Source: an uncultured Flavobacteriaceae bacterium (lineage in GTDB: Bacteria > Bacteroidota > Bacteroidia > Flavobacteriales > Flavobacteriaceae). From it: 64,000 nt of DNA. Shown one piece after another: positions 47,361 to 57,813 of the stretch. The notes under the pieces are model-generated. The model was not told the origin of the DNA and did not search any database. It saw only the letters and a list, made by a program, of their open reading frames with translations. Both the position numbers and the translations under genes were made by a program. Every line of letters starts with the position of its first letter. Position 1 is the stretch's first letter. The stretch covers positions 236-64,235 of the forward strand of contig CAZOQL010000001.1 in NCBI GenBank assembly GCA_964582005.1, written 5' to 3'.

Positions 47361-48520
47361 TTATAGCCTAATTTATGTAAAATTTCTTGTGGAGTTTCTT
47401 TACTTTCTCGATCGTGAAAATTTAATGCTAAATCGGCTCTATTAGTAAAAACACCATCTACTCTATTTTTGTATTCGTTTAATTGTTTGGTTGTATCAAA
47501 TGTATATGGATGCACTAACATCTTAGATTCGTGAACTAACTTGGTCATCCAACCTGCTGTTAATTCTGCGTAATTATTTGGTTCTCCAGCAATACTAGAA
47601 CCAATAATATCTACATTATTTTCTATAGCAAAATGAATCGCCTTAGTGTATGCTTCTTGAATATCTCCTTTCATATCAGCTTTCCAAAGCAAAAAACATT
47701 TAGGAATGTTAGGTAAATATTTTTCAATGTTAATAATACTTTCTGGCGAGAAGGATTGTAAAATAATACGTGCATTTGTATTTGCTATTGCTACTTTATT
47801 TGACTGTGTTTTTATTGTTTTTGGGTTCGCATTAATATTCCAACCCATAATTGAAATAGCTTTAGCTAGAATTAACTCCGTATTTTGTTGTGGATGCTTC
47901 GTTTCTATATATAAACCAGGTCTATTTCCATTATCATTTGGATCTTTTTCATATACATAATTTCCGTTCCAAACTCCATGCACCATTTTTTTTTCTGGCA
48001 ATCCATTTTCTTTTTTTATTCTATTGCCCTCGGCTATCTTAATAACATCTTCTAAAGTCATTATTTTTAGATTAATGAAGCTTTGCTTTGCTCTATCAGG
48101 ATTTTTAATATTAAACCAAGAACCTGCATCTAAACTTCGTAATTCTTTTAATGTGAACTTATTAATTTCAGCAGCTTCTGTTCGATTAGGAAATACTTTA
48201 GCTAAGTTGGTAGTTCTATTTAGTACATTATCATGAAATGCAATTAATACATTATCTTTTGTTAGTTGCACATCTAGCTCTAAATAATCGGCACCAATGT
48301 TTCTTGCCCATAAATATGCTGGTTCCGTTTCTTCTGGAGTCCAATAAGTACTTCCACGATGTGCAATAACAATATCTTTTTTTATGTAATTTTGTACTTG
48401 TAATGCTTTTTCTGTAATCGTTTTTAATTCCATTTTTGTACTTTGTTTTTGTACATTTTGTTTACACGATATTTGAACCTGTAAAAAAAACAATAGTAAA
48501 CTTAACTTTAATATTTTCAT
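47357..48520 (-). CDS. glpQ: Glycerophosphodiester phosphodiesterase (secreted)
   Basis: Signal peptide. IAHRGS...PEET and LELDVQLTKDNVLIAFHD GDPD motifs. Confidence 0.8.
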   Translation of the reverse strand: MKILKLSLLLFFLQVQISCKQNVQKQSTKMELKTITEKALQVQNYIKKDIVIAHRGSTYWTPEETEPAYLWARNIGADYLELDVQLTKDNVLIAFHDNVLNRTTNLAKVFPNRTEAAEINKFTLKELRSLDAGSWFNIKNPDRAKQSFINLKIMTLEDVIKIAEGNRIKKENGLPEKKMVHGVWNGNYVYEKDPNDNGNRPGLYIETKHPQQNTELILAKAISIMGWNINANPKTIKTQSNKVAIANTNARIILQSFSPESIINIEKYLPNIPKCFLLWKADMKGDIQEAYTKAIHFAIENNVDIIGSSIAGEPNNYAELTAGWMTKLVHESKMLVHPYTFDTTKQLNEYKNRVDGVFTNRADLALNFHDRESKETPQEILHKLGYN

Positions 48521-48528
48521 AGAGATTT

Positions 48529-49866
48529 CTATTTTTTATGTTGTTTATTTTCAATAACCCAAGTATAACTAATAATTACAATAGATAAAATACAAGCAGC
48601 AACGAGTAATTGAAAACTACTATCCCATCCAAATTTAGTAACCAAGTATCCAATTAAAATATTAGCAGTTAAAGCACCACCAAGATACCCAAATAAACCT
48701 GTAAATCCAGCAGCAGTTCCAGCGGCATTTTTAGGGACTAAATCTAAGGCCTGTACTCCAATCAACATTACAGGTCCATAAATTAAAAAGCCTACTGCAA
48801 TTAATGCTAAGTTATCAATCAAAGGGTTTCCTGGTGGATTTTTCCAATATACAATCACTGCAATCATTACTAAAACCATATAAATAATACTTACTGGAGC
48901 TCGTTTTCCTTTAAACCATTTATCGCTCATAAAACCAGCTAAAATAGTACCTGGTATTCCTGCCCATTCGTATAAAGAATATGCCCAACCACTTTCTTTA
49001 AAGGAAAATCCTTTAACTTTTTCTAAATAAGTTGGTGCCCAATCTAAAATCCCATATCGAACTAGGTAGACAAATATGTTAGCAAACGCAATAAGCCATA
49101 ATAATTTATTTTTAAATATATATTTTATAAAAATTTCTTTTGCCGAAATTGGTTCGTTTTGATCTACACCATCAATTTCATCAGGATAGTCCTTTTTATA
49201 ATCTTCAATATCTGGTAAACCAACAGCTGCTGGTCTATCTCTTAAAGTAAGGTAAATTATTACCGCAATAAAAACGGCAACTATGCCTGGTAAATAAAAT
49301 TTCACACGCCAATCATTAACTATACTCATTCCATAGATAATTAATATTGGCACTAATGCTGCTCCAACATTGTGTGCTGTATTCCAAATAGCCATTTTTG
49401 TTCCTCTTTCTCTAATAGAAAACCATTGCACCATAATTCGCCCACTTGGCGGCCAACCCATACCTTGAAACCAACCATTAAGTAATAATAAAAGAAACAT
49501 TATCATTACAGATGATGTTGCAAATGGAAAAAAACCCATTATTATCATTATTAAACCAGACATAAATAAACCAATAGGCATAAATTTACGTGCATCACTC
49601 CTATCGGAAAGATTACCCATTAAAAATTTACTCAACCCATAAGCTATTGAAACACCTGATAATGCAAATCCCAACTCCAATTCTGTATAACCTTGCTCAA
49701 GTAAATTAGGCATCGCTAAAGAAAAGTTTTTACGTACTAAATAGTATCCTGCATATCCTACAAATATTCCAAAAAAAACTTGCCAACGCATTTTACTATA
49801 AAAGGCATCTACTTTAGCTTTAGGAATCGCTTCTTTTTTTGGTGGTGTTTTAAAAAATTTAAACAT
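48529..49866 (-). CDS. glpT: Glycerol-3-phosphate transporter (MFS, organophosphate:Pi antiporter)
   Basis: 445 aa with 12 TM helices. YYLVRKNFSLAMP and NLSDRSDARKF motifs. Confidence 0.85.
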   Translation of the reverse strand: MFKFFKTPPKKEAIPKAKVDAFYSKMRWQVFFGIFVGYAGYYLVRKNFSLAMPNLLEQGYTELELGFALSGVSIAYGLSKFLMGNLSDRSDARKFMPIGLFMSGLIMIIMGFFPFATSSVMIMFLLLLLNGWFQGMGWPPSGRIMVQWFSIRERGTKMAIWNTAHNVGAALVPILIIYGMSIVNDWRVKFYLPGIVAVFIAVIIYLTLRDRPAAVGLPDIEDYKKDYPDEIDGVDQNEPISAKEIFIKYIFKNKLLWLIAFANIFVYLVRYGILDWAPTYLEKVKGFSFKESGWAYSLYEWAGIPGTILAGFMSDKWFKGKRAPVSIIYMVLVMIAVIVYWKNPPGNPLIDNLALIAVGFLIYGPVMLIGVQALDLVPKNAAGTAAGFTGLFGYLGGALTANILIGYLVTKFGWDSSFQLLVAACILSIVIISYTWVIENKQHKK

Positions 49867-51436
49867 GGTATAATTCGCTTAGTAAATAGCCTTTTGCTAA
49901 ATTATTAAAATTTTCTATTTGTTGTGTTACCCATTTGTCATCATATTCGAACTCATTTGCCATAATTTCAGCAACAATTGGTGCAATTCGAACACTCTCT
50001 TTGGCGTCTAAAAATAAAGCTCTTGTTCTGCGAGCTAAAAAATCTTCTACATTTCTAGCACATTCATTTCTAACAGCCCAAACAACTTGTGCTTGTATTA
50101 TTTGTAATTTTTCGCTAATACAATTCTTTAAATTTGAATTTTCTTTTATTAGTTTATTTATTTCTTTTATATCGGACCCATAAAAATATAAAGGATTAGT
50201 AAAATCTACATCCTTTTTATAGCCATGAATTTTTAATTTTTCGGTTACCGATTCCTTCTTTGGTAAGTTAAATTTTTTTGCTATTTTATCGATAACATCT
50301 TCACCCATTTCTCGATAAGTAGTCCATTTACCTCCAATAATAGAAACTAAACCAGAGTCAGAAACTATAATTTTATGTTTTCTAGATATTTCTTTAGTTT
50401 TTCCATTTACTCCAGTTTTTGGAGCTGCTAAAGGTCTTAAACCAGCAAATACACTTTTCACATCTGCTCTTGTTGGTTTTTTATCTAAATATCTTCCTGC
50501 GGTTTCTAAAATAAAATCTACTTCTTTCATAGTAACAACAGGTTCAATCATTGGTTTATCTTTAGGCACATCGGTAGTGCCTAAAATTACTTTATTATGC
50601 CAAGGTACGGCAAATAAAACACGACCATCTTTTGTTTTTGGAATCATTAATGCATAGTCCGATTGTAAAAATTCACTATCAATAACAATATGAACTCCTT
50701 GACTTGGCTGTACTACTTTTATCGCTTTAGGATTATCTTTCTTAATTATATTATCTACAAAAACACCTGTTGCATTTAAAACAGCTTTTGTTTTAATAAT
50801 ATGATTTTTTCCTGTTTCTCCATCGGTTACTATTACACCTTTAATTTTATTATTTTCTTTAATAAATTCGATAACTTTCATGTAATTTAATGTCGTTCCT
50901 CCATTTTCTATACTAGTTTGTGCCAAATTAAGTCCTAATCGTGCATCATCAAATTGTCCATCATGGTACATTATACTTCCACGTAAATTTTTTTTATTTA
51001 GGGTTGGTATTTTTTCTAAGGTTGTTTTTTTGGAATACGTTCTTGAATGTCCTAAATTAAATCTACCAGCTAATAAATCATATATAGTTAAACCGATAGT
51101 GTAAAATGGCTTGTACCACCAAGTATACGATGGAATTAAAAAAGATTTATTACGCACTAAATGAGGTGCATTTTTAAGTAACAAACCTCTTTCTTTTAAA
51201 GCTTCCAATACCAATCTAATATCACCTTGCGCCAAATACCTTACGCCACCATGTGCCAATTTTGTACTTCTACTTGAAGTGCCTATTGTAAAATCATATT
51301 GTTCTAATAATAAGGTTTTATAACCTCTTGTAACCGATTCTACTGCTGCGCCTAATCCTGAAGCGCCACCACCAATAATAACAACATCCCAAATTGTATT
51401 AGATTTTATTTTTGCAATTAATTTCTCTCTTTTCAT
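49859..51436 (-). CDS. glpD: FAD-dependent glycerol-3-phosphate dehydrogenase
   Basis: DVVIIGGGASGLGAA dinucleotide fold and TSSRSTKLAHGGVRYL. Confidence 0.9.
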   Translation of the reverse strand: MKREKLIAKIKSNTIWDVVIIGGGASGLGAAVESVTRGYKTLLLEQYDFTIGTSSRSTKLAHGGVRYLAQGDIRLVLEALKERGLLLKNAPHLVRNKSFLIPSYTWWYKPFYTIGLTIYDLLAGRFNLGHSRTYSKKTTLEKIPTLNKKNLRGSIMYHDGQFDDARLGLNLAQTSIENGGTTLNYMKVIEFIKENNKIKGVIVTDGETGKNHIIKTKAVLNATGVFVDNIIKKDNPKAIKVVQPSQGVHIVIDSEFLQSDYALMIPKTKDGRVLFAVPWHNKVILGTTDVPKDKPMIEPVVTMKEVDFILETAGRYLDKKPTRADVKSVFAGLRPLAAPKTGVNGKTKEISRKHKIIVSDSGLVSIIGGKWTTYREMGEDVIDKIAKKFNLPKKESVTEKLKIHGYKKDVDFTNPLYFYGSDIKEINKLIKENSNLKNCISEKLQIIQAQVVWAVRNECARNVEDFLARRTRALFLDAKESVRIAPIVAEIMANEFEYDDKWVTQQIENFNNLAKGYLLSELYHV

Positions 51437-51485
51437 TAAAATAATTTACTTACGCCATTTTATATATAATTATTTTACGTATTTT

Positions 51486-51836
51486 TTAATCTCTTTTAAT
51501 AAGCAAATAAATTTCATTATCTAATTCTAAATAACCTTGATTGTATACATAAAAATAAGTGTTTCCTGTTTTTGTTGTATAGATTTGTGTAAAAAAGTTA
51601 AAATCAAAATTTCGCCCAATAAGTTTAGAGCGTGTTACTTTTGTTTTGCCAGAAATATTTAATTCCGACAAGACTTTGTAATTTTTTCGCAACCTATTAT
51701 TGGTGTTTCTAATCAAATTTTTACTATCTCTATTTATTTTATTGTTATAGGTATTGCGACAATAATCTGTACAGAATTTTTTGTCAATTCTGCCTTTAAA
51801 AGCATCACCACATTCTAAACATTGTTGCTTACTCAT
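51486..51836 (-). CDS. Zinc-ribbon-containing hypothetical protein
   Basis: 116 aa. CLECG...KKFCTDYCR is a four-Cys ribbon, followed by a basic region. No function assignable. Confidence 0.5.
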   Translation of the reverse strand: MSKQQCLECGDAFKGRIDKKFCTDYCRNTYNNKINRDSKNLIRNTNNRLRKNYKVLSELNISGKTKVTRSKLIGRNFDFNFFTQIYTTKTGNTYFYVYNQGYLELDNEIYLLIKRD

Positions 51837-52094
51837 AATTTTTAAAAAAATATTTCTTTTTTATTTGTAAAATACAAAACACCTAAAGCCTTATAGTTAC
51901 TGTAAATTTACATTAATTTATTTAATTACAAACGTTTTTAACCATTTACATCCGAAAGTAAACGTTTACTAACTAGATAAAAATTGAAAGTTGTCCTTAA
52001 TTTGCACCGTTGAAACGAACTAATGAATTTTAACAAGGGAATAATCCCAAATAATAATGCCTCAATATACAAAGGCAATTTAAATACTTATCTT

Positions 52095-52430
52095 ATGAAT
52101 ACGTTAAGAAACAATGTACAATTAATTGGTCACTTAGGACAAAAACCAGAAATCATTACCTTAGAAAGTGGTAAAAAAATGGCGAGATTTTCGCTTGCCA
52201 CAAACGACACTTATAAAAATGCTAAAGGAGAAAAGGTAGAAAATACCGATTGGCATAATATAGTAGCGTGGAATAAAACAGCCGAATTGGTGGAAATGTT
52301 TTTAGATAAAGGAAAACAAGTAGCAATTTCAGGAAAATTAACTACAAGAACTTGGGATGATAAAGATGGAAATAAAAAATACATTACCGAGATAGTTTGT
52401 AAAGAATTATTAATGTTAGATAAGCAATAA
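52095..52430 (+). CDS. ssb: Single-stranded DNA-binding protein, short form without acidic C-terminal tail
   Basis: MNTLRNNVQLIGHLGQKPE...TDWHNIVAWNKTAE...ISGKLTTRTW is an OB fold. It ends ...ELLMLDKQ with no Gly/Pro-rich linker or D-D-D-I-P-F-type tip. The upstream 24 codons of the ORF track were rejected. Confidence 0.8.
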   Translation: MNTLRNNVQLIGHLGQKPEIITLESGKKMARFSLATNDTYKNAKGEKVENTDWHNIVAWNKTAELVEMFLDKGKQVAISGKLTTRTWDDKDGNKKYITEIVCKELLMLDKQ

Positions 52431-52450
52431 TATTTCAATTATATTATTAT

Positions 52451-52492
52451 AACAGAAGCCCATGTAAATTACAAGGGCTTCTGTTTTTTTTT
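52451..52492 (+). terminator. Rho-independent terminator of ssb
   Basis: AACAGAAGCCC-13-nt loop-GGGCTTCTGTT, followed by TTTTTTT. Confidence 0.8.
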
Positions 52493-52533
52493 GAAAAAGG
52501 AATAAAATAAATTAGTAATTCGTTACAATTTTG

Positions 52534-52541
52534 TAATTTTG
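52534..52541 (+). promoter_or_regulatory. Candidate -7 box for the PaaE-like reductase gene
   Basis: TAATTTTG, with 21 nt to ATG 52563. It lies downstream of the ssb terminator. Confidence 0.45.
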
Positions 52542-52562
52542 AGGTTTTAAAAATCCAAACTA

Positions 52563-53621
52563 ATGGCTAAATTTCATACCGTAAAAATAGAAGAAATAAA
52601 ACGCGAAACAAAAGATGCAGTTTCTATTGTTTTTGATATTCCAAATCATTTAATAGATGATTTTAATTTTATTCCTGGTCAATATATTACTTTAAAAACC
52701 AACCTAAATAATACGGAAATACGTAGAGCTTATTCCATTTGCTCTTCGCCATATGATAATGAAATTAGAGTTGCTGTAAAGCGCGTTGAGAATGGTACTT
52801 TTTCCGTTTATGCTACGAGCCAATTACAAGTAGGTGATGAAATTGAAATCGCTTCTCCAGAAGGAAAATTTCTATTAAAAACCAATAGAGATAATGTGAA
52901 TAATTATTTAGCATTTGCTGCAGGAAGTGGCATTACACCTATTTTAGCAATGATAAAAGATGTTTTAAGTACTGAAGCTAATAGTAAATTTGTACTAGTT
53001 TATGGTAATAAAAGTACTTATGAAACTGTATTTTTTGATCAGCTTAATAAGTTGGTTGAATTATATAAAAATCGTTTTTTTGTGCAATTTGTGTATAGTA
53101 AAGAACAACCTAAAGATTCCTTATTTGGTAGGATTGATGCTTCAACGGTTAAATATGTTTTAAATCAACATACGGATTTGGTGTTTTCAGACACTTTTCT
53201 TTGCGGACCAGAACAAATGATAAATACCGTTTCAGAAACATTAAAAGAACTTGGTTTTAATAAAGAAGCTATTCATTTTGAATTATTTACAGTCCCAAAA
53301 TCAGCAATTAATAATGAAATTGAGAATGTAAGTTTAGATGGTAATACAGAAATTACGATTTTATTAGATGATGAAGAAACTTCTTTTACTATGGCACAAA
53401 AAGACACCATTTTAGACGCTTCTTTAAAAGAGAATTTAGACGCTCCATATTCTTGTCAAGGCGGAATTTGTAGTAGTTGTTTGGCTAAGGTAACTGAAGG
53501 AAAAGCAACTATGGCTAATAACACTATTTTAAGTGAAGAGGAACTTGCCGAAGGATTTATATTAACTTGTCAAGCACATCCAACAACGGCAAAAATCACC
53601 ATTGATTTTGATGATATCTAA
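52563..53621 (+). CDS. Ferredoxin-NAD(P) reductase with C-terminal plant-type 2Fe-2S domain (PaaE/PaaK-like)
   Basis: RAYSICS (RxYS FAD motif), AAGSGITP, and C-terminal CQGGICSSC...C. Confidence 0.85.
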   Translation: MAKFHTVKIEEIKRETKDAVSIVFDIPNHLIDDFNFIPGQYITLKTNLNNTEIRRAYSICSSPYDNEIRVAVKRVENGTFSVYATSQLQVGDEIEIASPEGKFLLKTNRDNVNNYLAFAAGSGITPILAMIKDVLSTEANSKFVLVYGNKSTYETVFFDQLNKLVELYKNRFFVQFVYSKEQPKDSLFGRIDASTVKYVLNQHTDLVFSDTFLCGPEQMINTVSETLKELGFNKEAIHFELFTVPKSAINNEIENVSLDGNTEITILLDDEETSFTMAQKDTILDASLKENLDAPYSCQGGICSSCLAKVTEGKATMANNTILSEEELAEGFILTCQAHPTTAKITIDFDDI

Positions 53622-53635
53622 TTAACTTTAAATAC

Positions 53636-54346
53636 TTACTCAAATATCATTTTTAAAAAAACACCACGAGTTGCCATTTTATCAATCGGACCAGTATACT
53701 GGCTTGTAGCATCATTATTATCAGGCACCAATTCGTTTTGCATAGAAAAAACACCTCTTATAGATGGAGAAAATTTAAAATACGGTAAATAGAAATCCAC
53801 TCCTATTCCAAATTCATACATAAAACTACTTTTTTTCATTCTAAATTCTCCTGAGAGATTATCATCTGGATTTTCTTCGTTATTAGAAAAATTATAATCG
53901 TACGATACGCCACCAATTACATAAGGCCTTAAATTATTCAATCTATCGGTACTAAATTTCAATAAGATTGGTAGGTGTAAATAAGTAGATGGTACTTTTC
54001 GTAAGCTATCCTTTTTGGTTGTTAAACCGCTACCATTAAAATATAAATTTTTTACATTACTAGATAAACCTGGCTCAAAACGAATGCTTAAATTTTTATG
54101 TAAATTACGTTCTGCCATTACACCAATATTAAATCCTAAACCAGCATCTACAACCACTTGTGCATTGGGATACAAAGATTCTTTATATTCTATTACAAAA
54201 CTCTTATTGGTAACACCTAGGTAATACCCAAAATTCCATGTTTTTTTATCTTCATTTGGTAAGTTTATTATTCTTTCGCTTTGAGAATATATTTTATTTC
54301 CTATAAAAAAAGAAAGACATATACTTATAACTAGTAATTTTTTCAT
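53636..54346 (-). CDS. Outer-membrane beta-barrel protein, PorT/SprT-like
   Basis: Signal peptide. NLPNEDKKTWNFGYYLGVTN near the N-terminus, 236 aa, C-terminal aromatic strand. It resembles the T9SS PorT family as I remember it. Not verified. Confidence 0.5.
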   Translation of the reverse strand: MKKLLVISICLSFFIGNKIYSQSERIINLPNEDKKTWNFGYYLGVTNKSFVIEYKESLYPNAQVVVDAGLGFNIGVMAERNLHKNLSIRFEPGLSSNVKNLYFNGSGLTTKKDSLRKVPSTYLHLPILLKFSTDRLNNLRPYVIGGVSYDYNFSNNEENPDDNLSGEFRMKKSSFMYEFGIGVDFYLPYFKFSPSIRGVFSMQNELVPDNNDATSQYTGPIDKMATRGVFLKMIFE

Positions 54347-55098
54347 TAATTTAATTTGTTTGTTGCTGTATAAATTGTAGCTATACCAAATGCAACAGGA
54401 TTAGCAATAGCACTATTAAACCCATTATTTAGTAAAATATTGTTAAACGCATTTCCATAAGGAAATTTTGCTGCCGATTCTGGCAAATAATTATAGGCTT
54501 TTTTGTCTTTTGAAAATAAACCACCAATTGTTGGAATTACATACTTAGAATAAAATTTAAATAATTGTTTCATCGGAAATTTTTGAGGTTGCGAAGTCTC
54601 TAAAACTACAAAAACGCCTTCTGGTTTTAAAACGCGATGAATTTCTTGCAAACCTTTATCTAAATCTTCGAAATTACGAACACCAAAACCGACCGTTATA
54701 GCATCAAAACTAGCATCTTTAAATGGTAATTTTTCTGAATCACCTAATACCATGGTAATCTTATTTTCTAATTTTTTTGATTTTACTTTTTTAATACCAA
54801 CATCTAACATTCCTTTAGATATATCTAAACCTGTAATTTTTGCTTTATCAACAGTAGCTAAGATTATTGCTAAATCTCCTGTTCCTGTAGCGATATCTAA
54901 TATCTTTTTATTTTCTATAGTTACTGTATGGTTTCTCACTATTTTAACTACTTTTTTACGCCAAGCAATATCTAAACCAAAAGTTAAAATTCTGTTTAAT
55001 AAATCATACTTTGAAGAAACTTCATCAAACATTTTAGTTACTTGTTCTTTTTTTCCTAAATTAGAATTTTTATAAGGAGTAACTACTTTTTTTGTCAT
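54346..55098 (-). CDS. ubiE: Demethylmenaquinone/ubiquinone C-methyltransferase
   Basis: [13 protein letters not shown] and [14 protein letters not shown] motif, plus RVLKPEG. Confidence 0.9.
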   Translation of the reverse strand: MTKKVVTPYKNSNLGKKEQVTKMFDEVSSKYDLLNRILTFGLDIAWRKKVVKIVRNHTVTIENKKILDIATGTGDLAIILATVDKAKITGLDISKGMLDVGIKKVKSKKLENKITMVLGDSEKLPFKDASFDAITVGFGVRNFEDLDKGLQEIHRVLKPEGVFVVLETSQPQKFPMKQLFKFYSKYVIPTIGGLFSKDKKAYNYLPESAAKFPYGNAFNNILLNNGFNSAIANPVAFGIATIYTATNKLN

Positions 55099-55203
55099 TT
55101 TTAAAATTTTGACAAAGATAAAAAGAAACCTCCAAAAATGGTTGTAAAATCAAATTTTATAAAATAATTAGCCATTCACTTGACAACGCCTATCTTGATG
55201 TTG

Positions 55204-55211
55204 TACCTTTG
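55204..55211 (+). promoter_or_regulatory. Candidate -7 box for queA
   Basis: TACCTTTG, with 35 nt to ATG 55247. Confidence 0.45.
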
Positions 55212-55246
55212 CAGACAATTTTAAATTAAAAACGCACTTTTAACCT

Positions 55247-56296
55247 ATGAAATTATCTAGATTTATATTTGAGTTGCCCGAAGAATTAACGGCAAAACAT
55301 CCAGCAAATAACCGAGATGAATCTCGATTAATGGTTATAAACCGAAAAACAGGAACTATTGAGCATAAAATGTTTAAAGACATGATAAATTACTTTGACG
55401 AAGGTGATGTGATGCTTTTTAATAATACTAAAGTGTTTCCTGCACGTTTATTTGGTAATAAAGAAAAAACTGGCGCTCGAATTGAAGTGTTTTTATTGAG
55501 AGAATTAAATGCTGAAACACGCCTTTGGGATGTTTTAGTAGATCCTGCTAGAAAAATAAGAATTGGTAATAAATTGTTTTTTGGTGATGACGATAGTTTG
55601 GTTGCTGAAGTTATAGACAATACAACCTCAAGAGGTAGAACTTTACGCTTTTTATACGATGGTTCTTACGAAGAATTTCGTAAAAAACTATCTGAATTAG
55701 GAGAAACACCATTACCAAAATATATAGATAGAGATTTAGAACCTGAGGATAAAGATCGTTTTCAAACCATCTTTGCAAAGCACGAAGGTGCTGTATTTCC
55801 TCCAACTGCAGGGATGCATTTTTCTAAACACTTATTAAAAAGGTTAGAAATAAAAGGGATCGATCTTGCCGAAGTAACTTTACATATTGGCTTAGGTACT
55901 TTTCAACCAGTAGAAGTGGAAGATTTATTAAAACACAAAACCGATTCAGAAAAAATATATGTTACAGCAGAAACTGCTGATTTAGTTAATAAAGCTAAAG
56001 GTAATAAAAAACGAATTTGTGCGGTAGGCACAACAGTAATGCGAACTATTGAAAGTTCGGTTTCGGCTTATAATTTGCTAAAACCTTACGAAGGATGGAC
56101 CAATAAATTTCTTTTTCCACCACACAAATTTAGTATTGCAAATTGTATGATTTCTAATTTTCATCCGCCAAAGTCAACATTAATGATGTCGGTTGCCGCT
56201 TTTACTGGATTAGATTTATTACACGAAGCTTATCAAATAGCTATCAAAGAAAAATATAATTTCTTAGCTTATGGTGATGCTATGTTAATTATTTAA
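55247..56296 (+). CDS. queA: S-adenosylmethionine:tRNA ribosyltransferase-isomerase
   Basis: [14 protein letters not shown]..., [16 protein letters not shown] and YGDAMLI. Confidence 0.95.
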   Translation: MKLSRFIFELPEELTAKHPANNRDESRLMVINRKTGTIEHKMFKDMINYFDEGDVMLFNNTKVFPARLFGNKEKTGARIEVFLLRELNAETRLWDVLVDPARKIRIGNKLFFGDDDSLVAEVIDNTTSRGRTLRFLYDGSYEEFRKKLSELGETPLPKYIDRDLEPEDKDRFQTIFAKHEGAVFPPTAGMHFSKHLLKRLEIKGIDLAEVTLHIGLGTFQPVEVEDLLKHKTDSEKIYVTAETADLVNKAKGNKKRICAVGTTVMRTIESSVSAYNLLKPYEGWTNKFLFPPHKFSIANCMISNFHPPKSTLMMSVAAFTGLDLLHEAYQIAIKEKYNFLAYGDAMLII

Positions 56297-56315
56297 ACAA
56301 TATGTATACGCACAT

Positions 56316-56351
56316 AAAAGCCGCAACAATTTACATTGTTGCGGCTTTTTT
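56316..56351. terminator. Bidirectional terminator between queA and the convergent membrane-protein gene
   Basis: AAAAGCCGCAACAAT-ttac-ATTGTTGCGGCTTTT plus TT. Confidence 0.8.
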
Positions 56352-56387
56352 ATATCCTAAGTTCTTAAAATTAGGTTTTTGGAGGTC

Positions 56388-56810
56388 TTAGAACCATTGA
56401 CTCCAAGGTATTCTAATCAATACAAATGCCAAAGCCAAACCATACCAAATAATTATGGTTTTGAACTTAGCCGCATCGGTAGTTTTCTTTTTATGTTTAG
56501 AAAAACCAATAGTAATAAATATAATTGCCAATAGCATCATTATTGGATGCTCTACTGCTAATAAGCGCAAAGTACCATCTTTCATAACAACACCCATACC
56601 ATCTGCTTTAATTACTTTATAAACTGGAGACATAAAATACCAGCCAAATCCAATTATTAATTGAATATGTGATACTATTAAAGTAAATAAGGCCAAACGT
56701 AAATTGGTGTCTTTATATTCTTTTTTTGCGTTAATAATTGCACTTATTACTGTAAATATCAAAAGAGCTACTACCAAGTATGCCCAATAAGAATGTACCA
56801 TTTTCATCAT
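56388..56810 (-). CDS. Four-helix integral membrane protein (function unknown)
   Basis: 140 aa with 4 hydrophobic helices. No motif recognised. Confidence 0.45.
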   Translation of the reverse strand: MMKMVHSYWAYLVVALLIFTVISAIINAKKEYKDTNLRLALFTLIVSHIQLIIGFGWYFMSPVYKVIKADGMGVVMKDGTLRLLAVEHPIMMLLAIIFITIGFSKHKKKTTDAAKFKTIIIWYGLALAFVLIRIPWSQWF

Positions 56811-56860
56811 AATAATATTTGTTTTTTAGTTAGTATTAATTTTGTAAAGATACCAAAATA

Positions 56861-57778
56861 TTAAATCATTTTCAAATAATTGATTTCTTGTTTTGTTAAG
56901 GATCTGTGAAAACCACGTGGTAAGTTTCTTTTAGTTAAACCTGCAAAAACAACTCTATCAAGTTTTATTACATGATAACCAAAATGTGCGAATATTTTTC
57001 GTACAATACGGTTTCTACCTGAATGAATTTCAATACCAATTTCTGTTTTTGGTTCATTATCAATATACGAAATTTTATCTACAAATACCATTTTCCCTTC
57101 CAATACAAAATTAGCAGCTATTTTTTGTAAGTCATTCATTTTTAATTTTTTATCTAAACTTGCATGGTATAATTTACGTACATTATGTTTTGGATGTGTT
57201 AGTTTTTTGGTCATTTCGCCATCATTGGTAAATAACAACAAACCGGTAGTTTGCCTATCTAATCTTCCAACAGGATAAATGCGTTCTTTAGTAGCATTGG
57301 CAATTAAATCCATTACCGTTTTTCTACCACGTTCATCATCCATTGTGGTGATGTAATTTTTGGGTTTATTTAATAAAACATACTGTTTTGTCTCAGGAGT
57401 AAGTCGCTGTCCATCAAAACGAACAACATCATTAGGCTGTACTTTATATCCCATTTCGGTAATGGTTTTTCCGTTAACCGATGCGCTTCCTGTACCAATA
57501 TACATATCGGCTTCTCTACGAGAACAAATACCTGCATTAGCAATGTATTTATTTAACCTAATGCCATCAGAAGATTTCTTTTCCTCTTGATTTTCTGTAG
57601 GTTTTTTCTTATAGTGTTTTATCGTATTTGGGTTAATTCGGTAATTTTTATCTTTTGGATTTCCAAATTTTTTCTCTTTACCAGAAGTAGATTTTGATTT
57701 TTGAGATTTGTTTTTTGGAGAACGAGATGTGCTTTTAGAAGCTTGTCGTCCTCTCGACGAGTTTTTATTTTGTGACAT
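56861..57778 (-). CDS. rluB: Pseudouridine synthase, RsuA/RluB family, with ~70-aa basic N-terminal extension
   Basis: S4 domain IRLNKYIANAGICSRREAD, the catalytic GRLDRQTTGLLL, and IHSGRNRIVRK. Confidence 0.85.
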   Translation of the reverse strand: MSQNKNSSRGRQASKSTSRSPKNKSQKSKSTSGKEKKFGNPKDKNYRINPNTIKHYKKKPTENQEEKKSSDGIRLNKYIANAGICSRREADMYIGTGSASVNGKTITEMGYKVQPNDVVRFDGQRLTPETKQYVLLNKPKNYITTMDDERGRKTVMDLIANATKERIYPVGRLDRQTTGLLLFTNDGEMTKKLTHPKHNVRKLYHASLDKKLKMNDLQKIAANFVLEGKMVFVDKISYIDNEPKTEIGIEIHSGRNRIVRKIFAHFGYHVIKLDRVVFAGLTKRNLPRGFHRSLTKQEINYLKMI

Positions 57779-57813
57779 TTTTTAAGTTTTTATTTTTTTA
57801 TAAAAGAGGTTAA

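Noticed and set aside
47357-51436. glpQ-glpT-glpD cluster as a candidate unusual system
   Set aside because: It is a standard glycerophosphodiester and glycerol-3-phosphate utilisation set with canonical motifs. The overlapping glpD/glpT (8 nt) simply indicates an operon.
52023-52094. Upstream extensions of ssb (24 codons) and of kbp/lysM (35426-35515, 30 codons)
   Set aside because: In both cases the conserved family N-terminus (MNTLRNNVQLIG..., MGLFSFIKNAG...) begins at an internal ATG. The extensions are AT-rich filler.
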